A DNA stretch of 64,000 bases from NCBI GenBank assembly GCA_030390025.1, contig JASTWF010000341.1:1-64000 (forward strand). The letters are read 5' to 3'. The DNA is from Squalus acanthias. Lineage: Eukaryota. A model generated the notes under the pieces. It made no database searches and was not told where the DNA came from. It saw only the letters and a program-made list of their open reading frames with translations. This document shows positions 50,130 to 62,060 of this stretch, piece after piece (positions within the stretch are counted from its first letter, which is position 1; each line of letters begins with the position of its first letter). The translations under genes were made by a program, and so were the position numbers.

Positions 50130-51011
50130 CAATTTGTATCCAAACCATACTGTTCTGCTCTCCTACCACCTTCATCCATTCCAACGTCAATTGACTCCTT
50201 ATCCCCAACAAAGTGAATTCAAAATCCTTGCTCTCATCCACAAGTCCCTCAATGAACCAGCTTTTTCCCGATGCACTCCAACCTCCACCAGCCCAATGTG
50301 CAAGTACTTTCCTGTGTTCTTCTGACTTTGGCCTCCTTTGTATCCTCCCTTCGCTCCACCCTTTAGTCCACCTTTGTTCACAGAACCTTCAGCTGTCCTG
50401 CCCCATATCCTACAATACTCTCTGTAAACCCCTCCACCTTGCTATATCTCTCTCCTCTTTAAAAGGTTTCCTCAGACTTACCTTTTTGACCATGCATTCA
50501 GTCAGCTCTCCCAACTCTTCCCCGTTCACCGTTCAGTGTTTGTGTTTCATCTTTCTGAAGCACTTTTGGTTTTTAAAAAATTAAGCAATGCTCAATTTTA
50601 ATATTCTCATCCTTGTTTTTAAGTTCCTCCATGGCCTAGCCCCCTCCCTATCTCTGTAATCTCGTCCAGCCCTACACCCGCCGCCCCCCCTCCACCCCCG
50701 AGATCGCTGCGCTCCGCCAATTCTGGCTTCCTGAGCATCCCTGATTTTAATCGCTCCCCCATTGGCAGCTGTGCTTTCAGCTGCCAAGGCCCCAAGTTCT
50801 GGAATTCCCTCCCTAAACCTCTCCGTCTTTCTACCTCTCTTCCCTCCTTTAAGGCGCTACTTAAGACCTACCTTTTTGACCAAGCTTTTGGTCATCTGAC
50901 CTAATACCTCCTTATGTGGTTTGGTGTCAAATTTTGTTTGATAACGTTCCTGTGAAGTGCCTTGGGATGTTTTACTATGTTAAAGGCACTATATAAATGC
51001 AGGTTGTTGTT
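50130..51011 (+). mobile_element. Two tandem L2 3' ends (older 50130-50575, younger 50582-51011)
   Basis: 50582-51011 is collinear with 57855-58263; 50130-50575 is a more diverged version of the same region. Confidence 0.75.
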
Positions 51012-53877
51012 ACAAATATTAAAGATTCTGTAACAATATAATTAGTTGCTGTTGTTGTTTTTGAGTATAAAAAGATAATTCAACCTCTTAAAGGTGCAAT
51101 GCAAGATGATAGACAAAATTCAAATTTTCAGACGGAATTTTAAGCTGGAAAAAGTGACTGCGCATACTTTAGATATTCTACTACAAACTACTGCTTCATA
51201 GCCTGTTTAAATTACAGATTTCAGCTGCTTTTACTGCTTTCAAACTTGACCAGCAACAAATGTTGTTGGAGTTGGATTCATGTGGTGCTCAAATAGGCCA
51301 ATAAATGGTGTGCTTGCGAGCAGATGTCAAAGGAAGCTTTAACCATGTGGGCATTCCAATGTATGCGGAGCACATGGCCCAGCAAAGATCCTTCAGTTAT
51401 TTAATAGTAGCTGACAAGTCATTGTTCTAATAATAACCTGATAGCAATTATCAGGGAAAAAAAAGTATTAAATTCCACAGGACAGGATTTTGCAATAAAA
51501 GGAAGTAATTTAAATTATTCCCTGATCTTTTGGAACTGGATTCCGATTTCAAATGTGTGTGAAATGTTGTCATATATAAACCACAGAACTGTACAAAATT
51601 GATGTAAGTAGACAGCGTGGCCTTGTTTTGTCACTCAAATAAATTTATTACTGCTCTTTTACCTTACAAAGAGGTAGAAAGAATGAAGCCTGCTGCTGTA
51701 TTTCATCCAAGTGAAGCACACAAGAGTGTTCTCATGAAACCTGAAAATCTAAAAGCCTTGAATAACTTTAACTGAGACAGCTCTCACCTAATTCCCTCGC
51801 TCATTCTTTCAATACTGTACTGAAGGATTCTCAGAGTTTTCTGCTTTTTGTGTTCATCTCAGTGCCATCATGCTCCTGCTGTTCAACTACCAACATCGGA
51901 AACCAGCAAAAGCTGAGCGACAGCTTCAAAAAACGTGATGTCCCAAAAAAAACCAACCCTGAATATAGGTCTTATGACAGGTGAAGATAAGAAGCAGGAT
52001 TTTCCTCTGCCTTTACGCCAGTTTAATAGTGGTACTGAGGCTGGGATCGCCATCCACTCTCACTCTAAATTTTAGTTTTGTGGTGTCACTTCCGCCAGAT
52101 GGCAGAAGCACCCGGCCTAAAATGGTGGGTACATTTAAATGACGTGATAATGGTGGAGTGATGTTATAGGTCACATTCCCATACAGCATTACTCCATCAG
52201 TATCGTCTCAGTAACACTGCATGCGAAGAGCACTGGAACAGAACTGGCTCCAGAGTTGTTAGGAGAAGTGTAATGTTGGCAAATGTGTAAAGGATGAAGC
52301 AGCATTTTCAACTAAAGGAGGAAAGACAGACTGTCAGATCTGCTTTGTTGGCTTTTGTACGCTTGATCAGGAGCTGCAATTTTATTTTCTTCTTCCAGGC
52401 TGCCTGTGCCTTTAAGCTGCTGCAGGTGTTTGACTCCAGCAGCAACAGCAGCCATTTCCTGCCCTCTCCTCCAGTGGCGAGCTCCTAAGCATGGGTGGGA
52501 ATGCTAGGAGCCTGCTGAAAAAAGTTAAATGAGGTTGACCCTGGAATGTTGTTTTGTGAATTGAAACCTTTTATAACATGTACATACAATAATTTTAACC
52601 AGCATTGCATTCAATATTCACAAGGTAGAATAAGCTCACTATTTGTCCCTGTCTAAATCAGCATGGCCAACCAGGGGTAAGTGAAGGTGGTGGGGCGGTG
52701 GAGGGATTACCTGGATTGAGGGTATGCTGATTTAACTACTTTTAGTCTCTAGTCCTGCCCTCCAACTGATCCGATTGGTTTCCGGCAGCCTTCAGTCTCA
52801 CCTTGCACCTGATCCAATTGGTCAACAACCTCCAATCCCAGTCTAAAAATGATTTATCTTGTGAAATGATAACAAGCTGACACATGGATATGAAATGATA
52901 ACTGTCCGCTTAGAACACTGACAATTGGCATGTGTACAGCTGGTCTAGCGGGGGAGGAGGCCTCAAGCCTGCTCTCTAGTATGTGACAACAATGACATAT
53001 TGTAATCATCTGAAATAAGGTGCTTTTCCACAGGAAAAGACCAATGAATTGACGGTTTCTCACCTCATACATCTCTTCAGTAGTCTGCCTGAACTGGCAG
53101 CATCCATCCCACAATTTGGGTGGACGTTTTGGCTTCTCCTATGAGTCAGCCACTTTGATTACATTTGCGTGAGAATTTTCTAAAAGAAAATAGCTTAATA
53201 ACCAGCAACAACAGATTTCTCAGACTAGTTGGTATGACAGTTTTAAAAGCTTTCAATCTTAAAAGCTTCATTTCGAAAATGTAGTTGAACATGAAATTGG
53301 CTCTTCAAGATTTTCCAATCTCTTGATATGTAAACATGGTTTTTCAATTTACAAACGATGCTGAGCAATACCAGTTCTGCATTTATTAACTAAATCTTAA
53401 TACTATAAGGATTTGCCGACTGAGATGCACGGAGTTCTTTTTCAGTTTGGAATTAAGGAAGAATTACAGACCTAAGTTTGCCAACATAGTGTATTTGTCC
53501 TGGCAGTTAATCAAAGGGATTAGAGGTTTGGAAAAAAAAAGCCTACAGGTGATCCTTCAGGAAGCATACCAAACATTTATCTGAGAAGTCCAAGTTCAAA
53601 GCAGCTCAATTTTCATATGTAAAATGTCTTTGGTTAAAGCCTCAGGCTTGTTTCTGTGTAAAAGACTGTGTCAAGGCTGTTTGTACTTGCATACTTTGTA
53701 GACAAGCAATGAAGAAGCACATGGGTAAGCATTGCTAGTTCCATTAAATGTTGATGCTACATGATAAACAAAACCAGTTCTACATAGGGGAAAGAATACA
53801 GAAGAGCTTGTCCAAGCTACACATACATATTACTGAATCAAAGTCAAATTAGTAACAGACTCCGTTTGTAATAACAA

Positions 53878-54012
53878 GGTTCTTACAAATGGTCATCAAC
53901 CCGAAACATTAACCCCACCTTCCTCGCTCCACAGATGCTGCCTGACCTGCTGAGTGTTGCCTGCATTTTCAGTTTTTGTTTCAGATTTCCAGCATCTGTA
54001 GTATTTTGCTTT
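53878..54012 (+). mobile_element. Penelope-like terminal-repeat remnant
   Basis: GGTCATCAACCCGAAACATTAAC...CACAGATGCTGCCTGACCTGCTGAGT...TTTCAGATTTCCAGCATC. Confidence 0.55.
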
Positions 54013-54165
54013 GCGTAAAACCATACTGTGTTCTGATCACAGGAAAATAAACGAATCCAATGTTTTAGTCAAAATGGTGACGTAATTTTTGACCATCAAA
54101 GTTTGACATTTTCCTCCACCAAGCACTCTTGCTTGGTTTCAGCATCCTTGTGCTGTGGAGTTAAT

Positions 54166-57100
54166 GGTCTGGATTTTGCGGTCGGCAGCGTAACTACGGA
54201 TTACGCCGCCGGCATCCGAACGGAATGCGAACTTAGCGATGGGGACCCTCCTTCACGAACTTGCTGTTGGACGCTGTATAGTAGAGGATAGCGTAGTGGC
54301 CCACGGATCCCGGGGCGCACCGTGTGCGGGAGTGTACCAGGGATCACGTGGGCCGGTGCTCCAATCAGGAAACAGAAGGTCTCTCATTCATTTATGATCT
54401 CCGGAAAAGAAAAAAAAACCCTCATTACTAGAGCCTTCCGGGATTTAATGTGCATAAACATCTATACTTCCAGTACGGATTTTTTTAAGCTTATGCTACA
54501 CATAGATGCAAAAAAGTAAATAAAACCCTCAATGTAGCAACCGGTTCCTCTGAACTTTTCATGGACAAAATCCTAAAATGCTTCCATTTCCGGCCTCATA
54601 AGTTTTTTAAATTACTTGGATTTGTCAGGAGGTATCCTGTTTGCATCAGCCATAAAATTTTCAGGCGTAATTGCTGGGCAGTTTGTGGGCAATTAGCCCA
54701 ACTCTGTGCCAGCAATTAGGATTTGCCTGCCTCTGACTTTGACCCTGGTCTCCCTACTATTGTCTCCAACCTATTCCTAGCTACCAGAAAATACATGTCC
54801 CATCAATTACTACATAACCAGACCTATGTAACCTGAGCTTTTCCGTGTCCATTCGCGTGCGCACTTTGGCTGCCGCTCTGGACCAGAGCCGTTCACTTCT
54901 TTTTCCACTTTTTCTCCCCCTTTTCCTTTTTTCTCTATCCCTCCCTGACCGCTCTCTCCTGTTGTCATGCCTCCTTTCACGGATAATCTGCCCTCCCAAA
55001 TCTCTACCCCAATCTTTTACTAGTCTTCAACCTTCCTATTCTCCTGCCGCTGTCCCAATCTTTACTCCCTCTTAGATAAGCCCACATCTTCCTTCTGTGC
55101 CTCTCTTGGCATCCTACGAAGGGCCCATCGAGGCACTCGTCACTGCCTCCTTATGAGCAGCAACCTCAACTGTACCATCCTACTCTCTCGCCGACCTTCC
55201 CGAACTGCACGCCCACTGGGGGCAAATCTTGGCGATCTCTTACCCATCCAACTCATTCCCCCCCCCAGCACTGACCCTGTGGACGTTGCCAGTGGGTCAG
55301 CCATCACCAACCCTCGCCGCATCTCCCTCCAGAATGTCCGTTCACTTGCGAACAGGGCCCTTGCCATCCATGAGCTTATCGTGGATGATTGCATCAACAT
55401 CATGGCCCTGACGGAAACTTGGTTGAGGGGTGATGACACCTTACCCTTAAATGAAGCCTCCCCACCTGGCTATACCTTCCACCACTTGCCCCGCTCAACC
55501 GCAGTGGTGGCGGTGTGGCTCTCATCACCAAATCAAATCTTGGTCTGCCCCCTACTCCTCCGGCACTTTCTCCTCCTTTGAGCATCTCACCTTGTTCCAT
55601 CCCTCTCACCTCTCATTTAAAATTCTCATTCTCTACCGCCCACCCAAGTACCATAAAAATGTTATTACCAAGATATCTTTACTTCTTTCCTCCCTCAGCC
55701 TCTGCACTGAGCGAATTCTCATCCTCGATGATTTCAACCTCCATCTCAATTCATCATGCTCTCTCTCCTCTGAGTTCACGAGCCTCCTATCCGCCCTCAA
55801 TCGCTCCCTCCATGTAAACTCCCCAACCAATATTCATGGCCACCCCCTCGACCTTGCTATCTCTTGTGGCTTCGCTACTCCCATTGTGTCAATCACAGAT
55901 AAGGCCATCTCTGACCACTTCCTCGTATCGCTCTCCACCCACATCCCCCTTCCCCGCACCCCCCAACCCTACTTCCTTCTGAGTCCACCTTTGGAAAAAA
56001 CTCTCTCCCAACTCTCTTACAACTGCACGTACGAAATGCCAACTGTCCAGCCTTTGGCCCTCCATTCACCATGACATTTCTGCAGCTACCGATCTGCTCA
56101 ACTACACCCTCACCACCACCTTTGGTGCCCTAGTCCCTATTAAAACAATTATTTTCTCTCACCCTGGCCGTTCCCCCTGGTACGGCCCTCATCTTCGCTC
56201 CCTTAAGTCCCAGGGACGCAGACTTGAACAGGTATAGCGGACAACTGGTTTAGCCATTCACCACTGATCTGGCTGGACCACATAAAGCATTATCAGGTCC
56301 TGCTCTCGTCTGCCAAAATTGCTCACTATTCCAGAATCATTCTGGAATGCAAAGATAAACCCTGGCTTCTATTCTTCACTGCTAAGCGTCTTCTTAAACC
56401 CCTCTCCCCATCTCCTCCACTCTCACCTTCGACAACAAGTGTGAGAAGCTCATGGACTTCTTTGTCTCGAAGATTGAGACCATCCGTTCAGCTGCCTCTG
56501 CCACTTCACTTCCTTCCCAGAGCCCACCGGGCCAAACTTCCTCTAAGGTTCCCCCCTGCTCTAGCCCTGAACTCAAATCTTTCTCCAATTGCTCTCCGAT
56601 CTCCCCTCGTGACCACTCCGCGCTCATCTTGTCCATGAGACCTACTTGCTGGTCCCTCGACCCTATTCCCACCAAACTGCTGACCACCCAACTTCCTTTT
56701 CTGGCTCCCATGTTAGTTGACACTGTTAACGGTTCTTGCTCCTCAGGTACTGTTCCCCTCTCCCTCAACTCTGCCGTCATTACCCCTCTCCTCAAAAAAA
56801 ACAACCCTTGACCCCTCCGTCCTTGGAAACTACCGCCCCATCTCCAACCTCCCTTTCCTCTCCAAAGTCCTTGAACGTGTTGTCGCCTCCCAAATCCATG
56901 CCCATCTTTCCCGCAACTCCATGTTTGAATCCCTCCAATCAGGTTTCCGCCCTTGCCACAGTACCGAAACGGCTCTCATCAAAGTCACAAATGACATCCT
57001 TTGTGACTGTGACGAAGGTAAACTATCCCTCCTCGTCCTTCTTGACTTGTCTGCAGCCTTTGACATGGTTGACCACTCCATCCTTCTCCAACACCTCTCC

Positions 57101-58350
57101 ACCGTTGTCCAGCTGGGTGGGACTGCACTTGTCTAGTTCATTCTTATCTATCTAATCGTAGCCAGAAAATCACCTGAAAGGGCTTCTCTTCCCGCTCCCG
57201 CATCGTTACCTCTGGTGTCCCCCAACGATCTATCCTTGGCCGCCTCCTATTTCTCATCTACATGCTGCCCCTTGGCGACATCATCTGAAAACACAGCGTC
57301 AGTTTCCACATGTATGCTGATGACATCCAGCTCTACCTCACCACCACTTCTCTCGACCCCTCCACGATCTCTAAGTTGTCAGACTGCTTGTCTGACATCC
57401 AATTCTGGATGAGCAGAAATATCCTCCAATTAAATATTGGAAAGACCGAAGCCATTATTTTCGATCCCCGCCACAGAGTTCGTTTCCTAGCCACTGACTC
57501 CATCCCTCTCCCTAACATCTGTCTGAGGCTGAGCCACACTGTTCGCAACCTTGGTGTCATATTTGACCCCGAAATGAGCTTCTGACCACATATCCGCAGC
57601 ATAACAAAGACCGTCTATTTCCACCTCCGTAACGTCACCCGTCTCCGCCCTTGCCTCAGCTCATCTGCTGCTGAAACCCGCATCCATGCCTTTGTTACCT
57701 CTAGACTTGACGATTCCAACACACTGCTGGCCGGCCTCCCACATTCTACCCTACGTAAACTTGAGGTCATCCAAAACTCGGCTGCCCGTGTCCTAACTCG
57801 CACTAAACCCTGTTCGCCCATCACCCCTGTGCTCGCTGACCTACATTGGCTATCGGTTAAGCAACGCCTCGATTTCAAAACACTCCATGGCCTCGCCCCT
57901 CCTATCTCTGTAATCTCCTCCAGCCCCATAACCACCATCCCCCCCCCCCCCCCGCGGAGATATATCGCTCCCCTAATTCTGCCCTCTTGAGCATCCCTGA
58001 TTATAATCGCTCAACCATTGGTGGCCGTGCCTTCTGTTGCCTAGGCCCTAAGCTCTGGAATTCCCTGCCTAAACCTCTCCACCTCTCTACCTCTCTTTCC
58101 TCTTTTAAGATGTTCCTTAAAACCTACCTCTTTGACCAAGCTTTTGGTAACCTGCCCTAATTTCACCTTATGTGGTTCGGTGTCAATTTTTTTGTCTTAT
58201 AATACTCCTGTGAAGCGACTTGGGACGTTAAAGGCGCTATTTAAATACAAGTTGTTGTTGTTGTCAGTGCGGATCATCTGTCAAGTCGGAACTTGACATC
58301 AACATCGTACTCTCAGAGTACGCCATCATACCTACTGCAAATTCTGGCCT
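54166..58350. mobile_element. Harbinger-type MITE (family A) split by an L2
   Basis: TIRs GGTCTGGATTTTGCGGTCGG / AGGCCAGAATTTGCAGTAGG (rc); flanks AAT/ATT; 54635-54729 plus 58264-58350 rejoin into the rc of 3309-3500. Confidence 0.75.
54730..58263 (+). mobile_element. Near full-length L2 LINE (APE + RT, frameshifted)
   Basis: APE (SLQNVRSL, ALTETWL, DFNLH, SDHFLV), RT (NYRPISNLPFLSKVLE, QSGFR, LDLSAAFD, YADDIQLY), tail TCCTGTGAAGCG...(GTT)n. Confidence 0.92.
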
Positions 58351-58359
58351 ATTGAGTCT

Positions 58360-58750
58360 GCATTGCACTGAAGGATGAATATGCTTGAAGCATTCTTACA
58401 CAACGTGCAAGCATTCATGCATGGAACTGCTCAATGTGTGGTTGCACTAAAGGATAATGAACAGAGTATAGACAGCCTGTTGTGTCCTTACACTGAAGGG
58501 TGTGTAGGTAATAGACTGCTCACAGCATCCTTGCACTGAAGGGTACATGAGTGGACAATGTTGCAGTGTATCTTGGTGCTGAAGGAGTAAGTGAGTGGGC
58601 AATGTTACCATGTATCTGAAGAGTGACTAGGTGCGTAGTGTCTCTATATGCAGATACTCAAGGATGAGTAACTAGGCTGCATCTCTATTCTATATCCCTG
58701 CGCTGAATGGCAAGTGTGTGCACAGTGTTTCTGTTTCTGAGCTGGAGGGT
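58360..58750 (+). repeat. Degenerate ~42-bp tandem repeat
   Basis: CACTGAAGG-like anchor at about 58366, 58445, 58491, 58534, 58577, 58614, 58655, 58701 and 58740. Confidence 0.55.
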
Positions 58751-61700
58751 GAGTGAACTGTCCAGCACCTTCTAGTAAAAGGTATATTTCAAAAATAAAA
58801 ATAAAGCCGCACTTTTTTTTACAACTTTGAGTTTGGCTTTGAAGTGTTAATTCCACACATTCATCAATAACTGTGAAAATCAAATAATGCTAATGTGAAT
58901 ATAAATGCATAGTATTGTATTTAAATAAACTATAGAGGAGGACCAATTGATTTTAAATTATCTAAAATGTAAATTGTGTTACATACAATATTACTGGTTG
59001 TGGACATAATTGTGAATATAGCATAATGGAGGAATGGCAGCAGATTATTCGAGAACTTATTTTGAAGTGGGAAAAACCTTTAAACACCAAGACATGGTGA
59101 GGACAGCGAGTCCAATATCTGTAATGGTAAATAAGCCAAATTGTGCTTAATAGGAATGCTTCAGCTCCAGTGTGTAGGGTTTTTTTACTTTCGCAACACC
59201 TATTACACTGAAGCTTTAAAAAAATTGCTACTTGTTTTTACATATTCTGTAATAGTGCAGAAATTTGTTGCATGGATGACTAACATGAGGCCAGATACTG
59301 GAAAATACCATCCATCCATCAGTCAACACAGTGATTTTGCAGAAATGATCCATATATCATAAATATGCTTAGTTTGCAGACAAACAAAAAGGATTTCCAA
59401 CATCAAGGGGTACCCTTTATAATAGGCATTTTGCAGAAACTTTGAGATTAGACTGGCTATGGGCAACTTGATGGCTCAGTGAGCATAAACTGCATATACA
59501 ACATCACAAAGTGGTAAAATGAAGGTTCAAACCTCCAGTGGTGAATTCCTGATCTGAACCGTGCCACTATGGGGAGGTGCCGATTGAAGGCCAGAAGTTC
59601 CCTATAGGAAAGGGAAAATAATCCGAGAGCCAGTTCCTCAGGCTCTTCCGTACCTCTTAAGACACTGTTACATTTGCTGCTTCTGTAGTTCGGGTCATGG
59701 AAGACTGGCCCAGGTCCTTGCATTTACATTGGTAAACGCTGCTCCCTTATCGCTATAGCAGAATCGTACACCCACAGTGTCATGGGTCTACAATTCTGCT
59801 GCCAGGGTAAAAATCTGATTTAACAATGTAAACACAGTGAGCTGGCACACAGACATTGATCTCACGTAACCTAAACTACAGAAGCGTTAAATGTGAAAGT
59901 ATCTTTGGTGGTTGAGTACAGAGTTGTATTGGTGTAGCCCCAGGAATGTGCGTCCAATTTGACCCCTATGCTGGAGAAGGTGCGTGGCGCAGAGGTATTT
60001 CAATGAAAAAAGGGAGAAATTATATATAATTTACAAAATAAACTATAGAAATGACCTACAGAAATCAATATCGTTCAGAAACACAATAATCCTGCCAGGT
60101 CTTTCCAGACTCTTCAGTACAAAATGGGTACTTAGTGCTATGTACAGTTACAGGTGCAAGACCAGCCGGCATTTGCCAATTCTTGCTGCCTGTGTGACAT
60201 TTAAGCCTACAGATCTTAGTATTACTGACAGACTTTGTTGGTGTTTGCGATTGTACTCTTGATTTCAAAGCCTTATAAACAAAGTGAAATTGGAGCACTA
60301 ATGCAAATACAGGCACAGCATGTCAGCAGTACTGAGATCTGAGAGCATAAAAATCATGCAAACAGTAAATCTCTCTTGGTAACAGCATTCATGTGACTGC
60401 ATTGAAGGGAGAAAAGTGACACTGAAAAAGGAGCTCAATTAAATTGCACCCTAATGTTTTCACATAATGATGTGAGGAGGGGAAAAGAAAGACAGATCTT
60501 ATAATAATTTAAAATAACTGCTCTATTTTTGTTTTTATACACTAGAACCATTTGAAATAATGGCAGAAATTCAAACAGATGATATACCCAATTTAAGACA
60601 AAAAATAGGGCTAGGTATAAGGATATCACAAATTCAAGTCCTGTTAAATAAAAAGATGTCATTACGTTCCACTGTGTTACGAGATGTATCTCACAGAGGG
60701 ACAGCATCATGACCAGAACGGTTTATCCTTCCCAGTTACTTCTGCAATTTTACTGCAGTCAGGAGTTTTATGGCAGATCTAACTGTATGGAACTGAAGTG
60801 ATAAGAACCCCATTCCATGCCTGTAACAGCCAGTAGTGAATCTGAAACAGTGGTTTTATTACTTTTTCTGTTTTATTAAATAATATGACTCACTAATGAA
60901 AGCAGTAATGTCATGCGGCAACTGGAAATTTAGTAGTAAATCCCTTTTGAGCAGAATATCAAGAGACGGTCAGTCAGATCTGGAGAACGGTAAAATAAAA
61001 AGTTCACACAATATAATAGGAAATTTAATGTACCCTCTTTCTTTGTAACTATCCCCATTGAAACAGAATAATTTGCTAAGGGTTTCACTATTCCACAGGG
61101 CATGTCTACCCTGTGGCCAATCTGCTGTCAGATCTCCAGCAGGGCTGCTCTGAGCCTACCAATACTAGCCCAGGTATCGAATGACTCTCCCTCTCCTCTG
61201 TAGTGAGGCACCTGGCCTCCACTCACCACCTCTACACAGCAATGAGCTGAGATCAGAAACTCTTCCGCAGCAGTCACTGAACCTGTGTCCTCCTCTGTCA
61301 TGTCCCATTTGCAAATAATCTAATTTAGAACAAATTACTTGGAATTCAGTTGGTAAGTATACCACCTGGTATGGAACTGTGCCGCACAGACCAGAAAGGT
61401 CTGCAATACATCACGTGTAAGTTTTGAAGGTCTTCCTCAAGAGTGGGATGAACTGAATAGCTCTTTGTTCTCCATTGTGTATCCTCTAACTGGAATGCAG
61501 GTTTGAAAGATTAGATTCATCCACACAAAGGAACAAAACCTTTTATCTGAATTGTGCTGCGTAGGGGTGTAAAGGTAGCAGCATCTTCTGACTGAACACA
61601 CCATCATAATATAGCCGCATCATACTCAATGATGTGCAAAAACAGTTGTGTAATGTGAACAAACAGTATCTACATGCAGCCAGTAAACAGACCGTTTCAT

Positions 61701-61779
61701 TTATTTTTCCCCTCCAATTTTCTCGCTCTTTCTCTTGAAGGCAGTGATTCATATAGTTCCTGGTGCCACCATCCTTCTG

Positions 61780-62060
61780 ATATCTCACCCAAGTAGCCAT
61801 TTGTGAATAGACAGTAAGTATCAGCAGCTGTGGGAGCACAAAAGCTGAGCACAATCCTGTCCTCACCCAATGTCCATATGCACGCACTTTCCAGCAGGAT
61901 TCACTGCCCAGCAATTAGAGGGCAGTGGCTGATTATTCCCCTCCTAACCCAGTAACCCTGATACTAATTCATTACCTTAACTCCCATCCTGGCTGAGATC
62001 AGTGAGTCCAGCACTGACCAGGAATTGAACCGGGGACCCGCCGCAGGACTACACTGAGTT
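61780..62060 (-). mobile_element. Ancient tRNA-derived SINE (38410 family)
   Basis: Minus strand GGTTCAATTCCTGGTCAGTGCTGGACTCACTGATCTCAGCC...AATCAGCC...CCTGCTGGAAAGTGCGTGC. Confidence 0.5.

Noticed and set aside
17407..57938. Numerous 60-150 aa ORFs antisense or out of frame to LINEs
   Set aside because: Shadow frames of CR1/L2 coding sequence, not independent genes.
58360..58750. CRISPR-like repeat-spacer appearance
   Set aside because: The anchor is only ~9 bp and degenerate, spacers resemble each other, there are no cas genes, and the context is vertebrate.
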